Made by a program: the position numbers and the translations under genes
In this document: one piece after another, positions 1 through 6,798 of the stretch
Position numbering within the stretch: the first letter of the stretch is position 1
How the letters are laid out: each line of letters begins with the position of its first letter
From: Halomicronema hongdechloris C2206
GTDB lineage: Bacteria > Cyanobacteriota > Cyanobacteriia > Phormidesmidales > Phormidesmidaceae
Length of the DNA: 32,000 bases
Direction of reading: 5' to 3'
Assembly (NCBI RefSeq): GCF_002075285.3
Contig: NZ_CP021983.2
Span: 5,340,001-5,372,000, forward strand
Notes under the pieces: generated by a model
Database searches by the model: none
Seen by the model: the letters and a program-made list of their open reading frames with translations, nothing else
What the model was told of the DNA's origin: nothing

Positions 1-728
1 GAGCGGTTACGGCCATTGCCCAAAAAGATATCAAGCGTATGGTGGCCTACAGTTCCATTGGTCATATGGGCTATGTGCTCCTAGGGGGAGCGGCCTTGAC
101 CGATCTGGCCCTGACTGGAGCCGTGACTCAGATGGTTTCCCATGGGGTGATTCTGGCGATTCTGTTCCACCTAGTCGGCATTGTGGAAGCCAAGGTGGGG
201 ACTCGGGAACTAAATGTGTTGAATGGATTGATGAACCCGATTCGGGGCCTGCCTATGGTCAGTGCCCTGTTGGTGATGGCTGGCATGGCCAGTGCCGGGA
301 TCCCGGGTCTGATGGGATTCGTGACTGAGTTTCTAGTATTTCAGGGCAGTTATCAGGTCTATCCGATCCCCACCCTATTGGGGGTAGTGGGTACAGGGGT
401 GACAGCGGTGTACTTCGTGATTTTGCTGAATCGCACTTGCTTTGGCCGCTTGGATAATGCCATTGCCTATTTTCCCAAGGTGGAGTTTTCGGAACGGTTT
501 CCTGCCTTTGTGTTGGCTGCCATGATTCTGTTTTTTGGCATTCAGCCCCAGGCTCTGATGTCTTGGGGAGAGTCGGCGGCGACGACGGTCATGACGGCGA
601 TGACGGAACCAGTGCCGACTCCATCGGCGACCACGGCTGCCCCCTCCTCAGGCTTGACGGTGTCTGCAGCCGAGCCGATGCCTTCTGGTTCCAACCCATC
701 CCCGAATCCGACTCAGCCATGTATTTGA
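1..728 (+). CDS. ndhD3: NAD(P)H-quinone oxidoreductase chain 4 (NdhD/NuoM family), 3' part; the gene continues upstream of the window. Called the NdhD3-type paralogue because it is linked to cupA
   Basis: The frame is open from base 3 (AVTAIAQKDIKRMVAYSSIGHMGYVLLG...), which is the conserved NuoM/NdhD C-terminal membrane core. Stop at 726-728. A CupA/ChpY homologue starts 25 bp downstream. The paralogue assignment (D3 versus D4) rests only on the neighbour. Confidence 0.85.
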   Translation, partial: AVTAIAQKDIKRMVAYSSIGHMGYVLLGGAALTDLALTGAVTQMVSHGVILAILFHLVGIVEAKVGTRELNVLNGLMNPIRGLPMVSALLVMAGMASAGIPGLMGFVTEFLVFQGSYQVYPIPTLLGVVGTGVTAVYFVILLNRTCFGRLDNAIAYFPKVEFSERFPAFVLAAMILFFGIQPQALMSWGESAATTVMTAMTEPVPTPSATTAAPSSGLTVSAAEPMPSGSNPSPNPTQPCI

Positions 729-753
729 TAGAGACGCTACTGGAGGCTCATCT

Positions 754-2055
754 ATGACGACGGCAACCCTATCCTCTCCATCTTCAATCATTCCACCGTC
801 CCGCCATCCCCATGCCGATGTGATTCATCGCCTGGAGGCTGGGGGCTCGATGCTGCCGGATACGCCGGACAACTTGATGCAGATCATCGCTATCTATAAG
901 GCCTATGCCGTACCGATGGACTTTTACTGGCGGGATCTGCTCTACATTGCCGAGCGGGTATTCTTGGATCCGCTGCCAGCCTTTAAGTACTTTCTGCCCC
1001 AAGAGTATCTGGATCTGCCCAATCACTATGCCGGAGATACCGCCGATCTACGCATCTGGCGGGGACCGGCTACGGCCCATCCGGAGTTGTTGGAGTTCAT
1101 GGCCCAGGGGGAAGTGAAGCGCAGGTGGCCGAAGCTATTCCATCACCTCTGGCATGACCGGGTGAATATGGAGTTTGCCGAGGCCTGTATGCAGGCGATG
1201 TTCTGGCATCAGGATATGGGCGGCCGCTTCAATGATTATTTGTACACGGATGAGTACAAGCAGGCATGCGATCGCACCATCAAGGCCTACTTCAAAGGCA
1301 ACCCGCTGATGCTGGGCCTGCACAAGCTATTCCCGGAGATGTTCTACGAAAAATGTCGAGAACTCTCCTACTACGCCAACCTAGGGTTGTTCTGGGAGGT
1401 AATGGCTCCGGTTTTCTTCGAGATGTCAGACATCTACGACGAGGGCGGCTTCCAGGGAGTCCCCGACGCCATGGATTTCCTAGTCAACGGCATCTTCGCC
1501 GTGGCCGGGCGTCCCATCTACCACCATGTCTATATTGACGGCGAATGCTTCGAGTTAATCCCCAAATCCTGTGGCTTCACCTGGCTCTACGAGGCTGCTC
1601 TGCCTTATGTGGAAGCCGTGTTCTACCGCACTGCCCCCTTCCGCGGCACCAAGTCCTACAACGCCCAAGCCCACCAAGTGCCTGATGACCAGCACGACTT
1701 CCACTACGGCATCCTCTACGCCGATGTCTTCCCGGTGGGCAGTGCCGGCATTCCCCCCACCCTGCTGATGCAAGACATGCTGCATTTTCTCCCCCCTTAC
1801 CTGCTGGACCATTACCGCCAGTACTGCCGCGGCGAAGACGACATGCTGATTCAACTGGGGATTACCTTCCAACGGTCCATGTATAACGTCACCTCCGCCG
1901 TGATTCAGGCCCTGCGCACGGCTCTACTGTATCCCTTAGATGATCCTAATCCGCGCCATCGCCAGGCCAATCGTGCCTTCTTCGAGGCCCAAATGGATCG
2001 ATTCCTGCGCCCAGAAGCCCGGCTGCGGGATATCCAGCGCCAGGACTATCGTTAG
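754..2055 (+). CDS. cupA: CO2 hydration protein of the NDH-1MS CO2-uptake complex (CupA/ChpY family)
   Basis: 433-aa ORF directly after ndhD, with family-typical blocks (WHDRVNMEFAEACMQAMFWH, GIPPTLLMQDMLHFLP, ANRAFFEAQMDRF). The length is about that of the long CupA form rather than the shorter CupB, judged from memory of family sizes. Confidence 0.8.
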   Translation: MTTATLSSPSSIIPPSRHPHADVIHRLEAGGSMLPDTPDNLMQIIAIYKAYAVPMDFYWRDLLYIAERVFLDPLPAFKYFLPQEYLDLPNHYAGDTADLRIWRGPATAHPELLEFMAQGEVKRRWPKLFHHLWHDRVNMEFAEACMQAMFWHQDMGGRFNDYLYTDEYKQACDRTIKAYFKGNPLMLGLHKLFPEMFYEKCRELSYYANLGLFWEVMAPVFFEMSDIYDEGGFQGVPDAMDFLVNGIFAVAGRPIYHHVYIDGECFELIPKSCGFTWLYEAALPYVEAVFYRTAPFRGTKSYNAQAHQVPDDQHDFHYGILYADVFPVGSAGIPPTLLMQDMLHFLPPYLLDHYRQYCRGEDDMLIQLGITFQRSMYNVTSAVIQALRTALLYPLDDPNPRHRQANRAFFEAQMDRFLRPEARLRDIQRQDYR

Positions 2056-2060
2056 GGAAA

Positions 2061-2122
2061 TGTTGAGTTCTTAGTGTTGAGTTCCTAGTGTCTGCTATAG
2101 GGTTTTAATTCAAAACTCAACA
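2061..2122. repeat. Tandem 14-mer (TGTTGAGTTCYTAG x2, 2061-2088) plus the inverted copy AACTCAACA (2114-2122); a possible weak stem-loop downstream of cupA
   Basis: Read directly from the sequence. The 9-bp arms TGTTGAGTT/AACTCAACA can pair. There is no T-run after the stem, so terminator function is uncertain. Confidence 0.4.
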
Positions 2123-2200
2123 TTCAAACTTCAAAACTAATCTCACCACTCCTTCCCTTTCCTTGCCCCATGCCCCCGTGCCCCATTTCTTCTGCCACCC

Positions 2201-2386
2201 ATGAAACAGCTCCTCGACGACCTCGATCCCATCTTCATGGCCACCGCCGTCATGATCGCCGGCCTCACCCTGGCCGCCCAGATACCCACACCCCCTATGC
2301 ATCTAGATCATCCTGACCTAGACCTGCGGCAGGACATGTCGGTTAACAGTGATGAAGTGGGTCGCATTGATGGAGAGAGGCGATGA
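2201..2386 (+). CDS. Possible small hypothetical protein (61 aa) with one hydrophobic segment
   Basis: ATG ORF whose first half uses GC3-rich codons like neighbouring genes (IFMATAVMIAGLTLAAQI). No obvious Shine-Dalgarno sequence and no recognisable family. Confidence 0.2.
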   Translation: MKQLLDDLDPIFMATAVMIAGLTLAAQIPTPPMHLDHPDLDLRQDMSVNSDEVGRIDGERR

Positions 2387-2444
2387 CCTACACCACCCCA
2401 TCACCATCACCCCTAAGCCCTGCGGGCAGGCTGCGCCTACACCC

Positions 2445-2493
2445 CATCACTCATCACTCATCACTCGTCACTCATCACTCGTCACTCATCACT
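2445..2493. repeat. Heptanucleotide tandem repeat, 7 units of CRTCACT (STRR-like), within a pyrimidine-rich tract
   Basis: CATCACT CATCACT CATCACT CGTCACT CATCACT CGTCACT CATCACT read directly. The reverse-complement family (GTGACGA x3) occurs at 13510-13530. Confidence 0.9.
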
Positions 2494-2538
2494 CCTCCCG
2501 CCTACCTGTTCTCCGTTGTTCCCGTTACCTAAAGACCC

Positions 2539-2952
2539 ATGCCGACCATCGCCGACATCGCCATCAACACAGACGGATTCTCGACCCTGGTCGCGGCTGT
2601 TCAGGCTGCCGGTCTGGTGGAGAGCTTGCAAAGCCCCGGTCCGTTCACCGTCTTCGCCCCCAACGACGAGGCCTTCGCCCAGCTGCCGCCAGGGACGGTG
2701 CAAACACTGGTGCAAAATCCACCGCAACTGGCCCGCATCCTCACCTATCATGTGGCTGCCGGTAAGTACACTCAAGCCGATCTGATCCGCCTGGGACAGG
2801 TGGACTCTGTCGAGGGAGCACCTATTCCCATCGATGGCAACGAAGGGGGCACCGATGGCTTTGAAGTGAAAAATGCCACGGTGCTGGCCGCCGACATCGA
2901 AGCCGACAACGGTATCATCCATGTCTTGGACCGGGTGATCTTGATGGGATGA
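2539..2952 (+). CDS. Fasciclin (FAS1) domain protein, 137 aa
   Basis: Classic FAS1 motifs are present: [23 protein letters not shown] (H1), YHV and [12 protein letters not shown] (H2). Confidence 0.9.
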   Translation: MPTIADIAINTDGFSTLVAAVQAAGLVESLQSPGPFTVFAPNDEAFAQLPPGTVQTLVQNPPQLARILTYHVAAGKYTQADLIRLGQVDSVEGAPIPIDGNEGGTDGFEVKNATVLAADIEADNGIIHVLDRVILMG

Positions 2953-3093
2953 GGACATGGTTGAGGTCATGGATGTAGCTGGGGTCATGCAGACTCGGTC
3001 ATAACTGTAGGCAAATGGCCATGACGTCCCCAGGTGTGGTTTGGCCTATGATGGCAGCAGAGACTCCACCCGTATGATCACGCCTCCTTCGCT

Positions 3094-3321
3094 ATGGCTC
3101 CAGATCCTACCGGCCAGCAGGGTGCGGCTGCCCAGCGGTTGCGGCTGTATCGGGCCCTGCAAGAATTGCCCTCGACCCAGTTCGAGGCCCTGGGCCAGAC
3201 CCACACCGTCTTCTTCAAGCTGCGGGGGGCGGGTCTGGTGCGGCGGCGCAGCAGTGTGCAGGCGGTGGTACCCCGCTGTCAGGTGTATGAGACCTACTTT
3301 CGGCAGCATCTGGCGGGGTAG
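3094..3321 (+). CDS. Small hypothetical ORF (75 aa). Its C-terminal tail (PRCQVYETYFRQHLAG) resembles, from memory, the tail of cyanobacterial AAA-like/ATPase-associated proteins, so it may be a gene fragment
   Basis: The ORF is present. Its last ~50 bp plus ~27 bp downstream are duplicated at 4082-4147. Functional status is unknown. Confidence 0.3.
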   Translation: MAPDPTGQQGAAAQRLRLYRALQELPSTQFEALGQTHTVFFKLRGAGLVRRRSSVQAVVPRCQVYETYFRQHLAG

Positions 3322-3347
3322 CGTGTTCCCCCGGCGCTGCCTTCCGT
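3272..3347 (+). repeat. Left copy of a degenerate ~70-bp direct repeat bracketing the HNH cassette
   Basis: The core GGCGGGGTAGCGTGTTCCCCCGGCGCTGCCTTCCGT (3312-3347) matches GGCGGGTTAGCGTGTTCCCCCGGCACTGCCTCCCGT (4112-4147). Weaker similarity extends ~40 bp upstream (CGCTGT..TGTAT..AGACC). Confidence 0.8.
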
Positions 3348-3371
3348 CGCAGCAGCATCCTCAGCTTCGGG

Positions 3372-3827
3372 TTAAGTGCCTTCCTCTCGTGGATCATGTT
3401 CAGGGGGATGCCAGCCCCCCTTAATCCACAACCTTCTGGCTTTCAGAATAGAGCCTTCATTGTGGAAATCATCGTTCAAGTCCAGTCTGTGACAGGTGGC
3501 CCGCCCGCAAGGTGTCGTGCCAATAATTCTCAGGCCATCGGATGACCACCTGAAATGGTCTGCCCAAATCTGTTCTCGTGGATTGAATAGCGGTACGGTC
3601 TCATCTGTTTCTGGATCGATGCCTGTCGTGAAGTTGTAGCGATAGCTGTTGCAACGTTGGCAGGCCAAGGCAAGGTTATCCAGTTGATCTGGCCCTCCCA
3701 AGGAACGGGGCAGAATGTGATCGACCGCAAATCGGGCTGCACTAGCATCTTCAGGAGAGTGGCAGTATTCACAGAGATAGCTGGCGCGTTGCTGCACCTG
3801 TTGCCGCATGCCAGGGCGGATGGTCAT
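3372..3827 (-). CDS. HNH endonuclease (151 aa)
   Basis: HNH motif CEYCHSPEDASAARFAVDHILPRSLGGPDQLDNLALACQRCNSYR (Cys pairs, DH, N...N). The start overlaps the stop of the upstream small ORF by 4 nt (ATGA). Confidence 0.85.
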   Translation of the reverse strand: MTIRPGMRQQVQQRASYLCEYCHSPEDASAARFAVDHILPRSLGGPDQLDNLALACQRCNSYRYNFTTGIDPETDETVPLFNPREQIWADHFRWSSDGLRIIGTTPCGRATCHRLDLNDDFHNEGSILKARRLWIKGGWHPPEHDPREEGT

Positions 3828-4063
3828 GCTTCGGCGATGATTTTGGCGTTGAGCAGGGTGAAAATCCGGTCTAGCTCAAGCAGCCCAGCCAGCTCAGCAT
3901 GTTCTTCATCTGTCAAGCGATCGCATTTGTGCCGTTCGTTCAGGTTGTCGAGCCGAGCTTGCAAGGAGTCTGTAAATTTGAAGAGATACTGGTTGCGGAC
4001 TTTGCGAAGGGTAATTCCTGAATCAACCCAAGATGAGGGCTGAACCATCGTTTGGGTGATCAT
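3824..4063 (-). CDS. Small hypothetical protein (79 aa), translationally coupled to the HNH endonuclease
   Basis: 4-nt overlap with the HNH start. Helical, charged sequence (RLDNLNERHKCDRLTDEEHAELAGLLELDRIF). No family recognised. Confidence 0.55.
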   Translation of the reverse strand: MITQTMVQPSSWVDSGITLRKVRNQYLFKFTDSLQARLDNLNERHKCDRLTDEEHAELAGLLELDRIFTLLNAKIIAEA

Positions 4064-4081
4064 TGGCGGGGTATGGACGAA

Positions 4082-4147
4082 CGCTGTACCTGTATTTTAG
4101 ACCCTATGATGCGGCGGGTTAGCGTGTTCCCCCGGCACTGCCTCCCG
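4082..4147 (+). repeat. Right copy of the direct repeat bracketing the HNH cassette, followed by a strong hairpin (about 4134-4178)
   Basis: See 3272-3347. GGCACTGCCTCCC...GGGAGGAATGGCAGTGCC can fold into a long stem immediately upstream of the MNT gene. Confidence 0.8.
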
Positions 4148-4222
4148 TACAATGCCTCTGGGAGGAATGGCAGTGCCTGCCTAACCGATGGAATCACCGT
4201 GAAAGCTATTCGCCCAGAAAAC

Positions 4223-4567
4223 ATGGCCACCTATCGGCAGACGCTGCGGCTGCGAGAGGCAGAGGCTCAGCAGCAGCGGCAGCAGCGCTGGCAGGCGGCC
4301 TGGGGGGTGGCGAGGCAGGGCGGTGACATCCTGAAGCAAGAGTTTCGGGCGATCCAGGTGATTGTCTTTGGCTCCTTGCTGCATCCAGAGTGGTTTTCCA
4401 TGACCTCGGATATTGACTTGGCCGTTGCGGGACTTTCTGCTTGGGATCACTTGGCCGCCATTGCCCAGATGCAAGATCTGTCGGATTTCAAGGTGGATGT
4501 CATTCGCCTAGAAACCTGTCCCCCACGGTTGCGGGGGGTGATTGAGGCGGAGGGACAGGAGCTTTGA
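4223..4567 (+). CDS. Nucleotidyltransferase-domain protein (MNT-type antitoxin)
   Basis: Pol-beta NTase signature VFGSLLHPEWFSMTSDIDLAV (GS...DxD). I prefer the ATG at 4223 over the upstream start at 4052, which crosses the repeat; GTG 4199 is also possible. The stop overlaps the next gene's start. Confidence 0.8.
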   Translation: MATYRQTLRLREAEAQQQRQQRWQAAWGVARQGGDILKQEFRAIQVIVFGSLLHPEWFSMTSDIDLAVAGLSAWDHLAAIAQMQDLSDFKVDVIRLETCPPRLRGVIEAEGQEL

Positions 4568-5055
4568 GGACGACTTATCTAACCATTGCCGGGCGCATTC
4601 GCCAAGAACTGACTGAAATTACCCAGGTGGTTGAGCGAGTACAGCAAATCTGGCAGCTGTATACATCGACTCAACCGAGGGGCAATGAGTTCTTAGTGGA
4701 TGCCACAGCTCTTAACCTACACAGTTTCTATGCTGGCATTGAGCGGCTGCTGGAGGTTATCGCCGATCGCATTGATCGGGAGAAACCTATGGGATCGGCC
4801 TGGCATCGGGAGCTACTGCAGCAGATGACGGCGGATATTCCTGGGGTGCGTCCTGCGGTTCTCAGTCCAGAAACGCGCACTCGCTTGGATCGCTATCGCG
4901 GCTTTCGCCATGTCGTGCGCAATGTCTATAGCTTTAGCCTAGATGTGGAGCAGATTGTGCCATTAGTGCGGCATCTACACGCAGTTGACGCTCAGATCCA
5001 GCGCGAGCTCTCCCAGTTTGCTGACTGGCTGGAGCAGGCTGCCGGTGCTGAGTGA
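4564..5055 (+). CDS. HEPN-like partner of the nucleotidyltransferase (putative toxin), 163 aa
   Basis: TTG start overlaps the MNT stop (TTGA). All-helical sequence with an R/H-rich motif, YRGFRHVVRNVYSF. The assignment rests mainly on the conserved MNT-HEPN gene-pair architecture. Confidence 0.55.
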   Translation: MRTTYLTIAGRIRQELTEITQVVERVQQIWQLYTSTQPRGNEFLVDATALNLHSFYAGIERLLEVIADRIDREKPMGSAWHRELLQQMTADIPGVRPAVLSPETRTRLDRYRGFRHVVRNVYSFSLDVEQIVPLVRHLHAVDAQIQRELSQFADWLEQAAGAE

Positions 5056-5216
5056 ATTGGGCTTAGGGATGGCTTTTGATTCTGGGCACGCTCCGCGAGA
5101 TGTAGGAATCGTCTATGTCGCTGACGCGCCACACCAAACGATGAAAATCGTGTCTATTTTCAGAGCAATGACGGGAGTGTGATACCCGTGGAAGCTAAAT
5201 CAACGTTGGCAAGCAT

Positions 5217-5275
5217 TACCGTCATTCCGGGCAAGCGTCAGCGCCACCCGGAATCCAGGTAGAGGGCTGGGCTAT
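5217..5275 (+). repeat. Hairpin-containing dispersed repeat, copy 1
   Basis: The 39 bp CGTCATTCCGGGCAAGCGTCAGCGCCACCCGGAATCCAG (5220-5258) are identical to 5656-5694. Inside it, ATTCCGGG-N15-CCCGGAAT forms a stem-loop. The downstream AGAGGGCT is also shared. Confidence 0.9.
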
Positions 5276-5299
5276 TCGCCCAGAACTTCTCGGCGGAGA

Positions 5300-5555
5300 T
5301 TTTCAGGGATGGGATTCCGGCTATGCCCTCGGGGTACGCCTGCCCTGGACCTACGGCTGTCGGTGGGTGGTGGCAGATCTCGATAAGACCGCACTTGGCT
5401 TTCTAAATCAGAGGGCTCACCTGGGGGAATTTCGATTTCCCCCAGACCCCCTCGCCCAGGGCCGGACCGCCGCCCTGGACCCAGCGGAAGGGCTGATCTG
5501 TGATGTGGTCTAGATCGCGTTGCATCGGTGAGGAGGCGTCCTGGCATTGGGGGCA
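5300..5555 (-). repeat. Copy A of a ~260-310 nt non-coding element (candidate structured RNA), homologous to 13578-13880 on the opposite strand
   Basis: Shared blocks, as A(-)/B(+): 5379-5396 = 13785-13802 (18/18); 5512-5528 vs 13607-13623 (16/17); 5472-5493 vs 13642-13663 (21/22). Hairpin 5421-5445 matches 13737-13760 with two compensatory pair changes. The element boundaries are approximate. Confidence 0.75.
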
Positions 5556-5580
5556 GATGTCGTGGGGCCAGGCTTGACGC

Positions 5581-5611
5581 CCTGGATTCCCGCCGCCGCG
5601 GGAATGACGGT
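5581..5611 (-). repeat. Related hairpin repeat in inverted orientation, with a short loop
   Basis: The minus strand reads ACCGTCATTCCCGCGGCGGCGGGAATCCAGG. It has the same ACCGTCATTCC...GGAATCCAGG ends as 5217-5259, with a different stem top and loop. Confidence 0.75.
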
Positions 5612-5652
5612 ACAGGGTTTCCTCAGGCGGCAGACTCACCGCGTGACAGTGG

Positions 5653-5712
5653 TTTCGTCATTCCGGGCAAGCGTCAGCGCCACCCGGAATCCAGACAGAG
5701 GGCTATAGCCCA
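5653..5712 (+). repeat. Hairpin-containing dispersed repeat, copy 2
   Basis: Identical 39-bp core to 5220-5258, sitting 436 bp downstream of copy 1. Confidence 0.9.
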
Positions 5713-5811
5713 TGGCCCCGTCCCAAAATCGCAACGGACCGGACAAAACTCATTGCGTCCCGCCTAGACTTCGATGCGGCCCACAGAAACTTCACAGAGA
5801 CCTACCCAGAT

Positions 5812-5922
5812 ATAGAGAAGGACCGAGCAGAAATCGTTGCGTCCCAAAGAAAAATCAATGGGGACCGCTCAGACATAGAAAAGGACCGCGCAGAAATCGT
5901 TGCGTCCCAAAGAAAAATCAAT
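5812..5922 (+). repeat. Two 48-bp repeats with a 63-bp period
   Basis: ATAGAGAAGGACCGAGCAGAAATCGTTGCGTCCCAAAGAAAAATCAAT (5812-5859) versus ATAGAAAAGGACCGCGCAGAAATCGTTGCGTCCCAAAGAAAAATCAAT (5875-5922), with 2 mismatches. The GGACCGnGCAGA submotif also occurs in the 15-bp spacer. Confidence 0.9.
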
Positions 5923-5990
5923 AGATCTTTATCGCAACTTCATGGTACAGACCGGGCACCTTAAGGATGTCCAGTAAATAGGTGATTACC

Positions 5991-6638
5991 ATGCATCAAA
6001 CCATTGACGAATTCATTACCGCCGTCCAAGTCGCCATCGACAACGCCTTAGCCAACTCCACCCTGCAAGCCGCCCTGAGTGACTTCGGCTATACCCCCGA
6101 GCGCCTCGCCCAGGGACGGTCCCTCCACGCCAGCGCCCTGGTCGCCCACCTGCAGCAACGGGCCGAATATGGCGATCAGGCCAGCGCCACCGCAGCCCTG
6201 CAACAAACCCGCGACACCGCCGAGAAGAGCTACATGCGCCTGGTCAAAATCGCCCGCATCGCCTACAAAGACAACCCCGGTGCCCTGGTGCGGTTGGACC
6301 TAAACGGCAAACGCAAGCGCAGCCTCTCCGGCTGGCTGTTGCAGGCTCAGCAGTTCTACAGCAATCTGCTGGCCGCCCCCGACCTGCTGGACAGCCTGAA
6401 GCAGTACGGCGTCACCGCCCAGAAGGTCAAAGCGGCCCAGGCAGAGCTGGCTGCGGTGGCAGCCGCCAATTTGGCCCAAGAGCAGGAAAAGGGCCAGGCC
6501 CAAACCGCTACCCAGGTCCGCGATACGGCTCTGGATGCCCTCAGCGACTGGTTCAGCGACTTCATCGCCATCGCCCGCATCGCCCTGGAGGATGAGCCGC
6601 AGATGCTGGAAGCCATGGGGGTGATGGAGCCTTCTTAA
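5991..6638 (+). CDS. Hypothetical protein (~215 aa), alanine/glutamine-rich and helical
   Basis: Long ORF with host-like codon usage. ATG at 5991, with GTG 5982 as an alternative. No family recognised. Confidence 0.6.
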   Translation: MHQTIDEFITAVQVAIDNALANSTLQAALSDFGYTPERLAQGRSLHASALVAHLQQRAEYGDQASATAALQQTRDTAEKSYMRLVKIARIAYKDNPGALVRLDLNGKRKRSLSGWLLQAQQFYSNLLAAPDLLDSLKQYGVTAQKVKAAQAELAAVAAANLAQEQEKGQAQTATQVRDTALDALSDWFSDFIAIARIALEDEPQMLEAMGVMEPS

Positions 6639-6798
6639 TACAGAAAGGCAAAAGGCAGCGGTAGGCTGTCTTCGGATTTCAGGGATGAATCTCCCTCCTC
6701 GCCATCGACCGAATCTCCACAACATTCCATAACGCTGAATAGCTCCTCCCTGGCCAGAGATATATCCTGATGTCATCCCCAGGATTGAGGAAAAGCCC

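Noticed and set aside
1067-1081. 15-nt identity CGGCTACGGCCCATC between cupA (1067-1081) and the thiC leader (14054-14068)
   Set aside because: A single 15-mer match is about what chance predicts for all-versus-all comparison of 32 kb on both strands, and there is no extended similarity.
4052-4222. Longer 171-aa version of the nucleotidyltransferase ORF
   Set aside because: The extra N-terminal 57 codons run across the direct repeat and hairpin and have no NTase similarity. The internal ATG at 4223 gives a typical ~115-aa MNT.
5272-5639. ORFs 5272-5547(-) and 5403-5639(-), and the analogous 13524-14006(+), as protein-coding genes
   Set aside because: They lie on the repeated element. The two copies differ by a 47-nt indel (not a multiple of 3) and by paired compensatory changes. 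The translations are R/P/G-rich with no recognisable family.
5812-5922. Possible CRISPR array, given repeats separated by a spacer
   Set aside because: There are only two repeat units. The repeat is 48 bp with a 15-bp spacer that itself resembles part of the repeat. There are no cas genes and no typical 28-37/30-40 bp geometry.
5712-5924. 70-aa ORF with the repeated GPxRNRCVPKKNQ
   Set aside because: It is a direct translation of the 63-bp tandem repeat, with no start context and an implausible composition.
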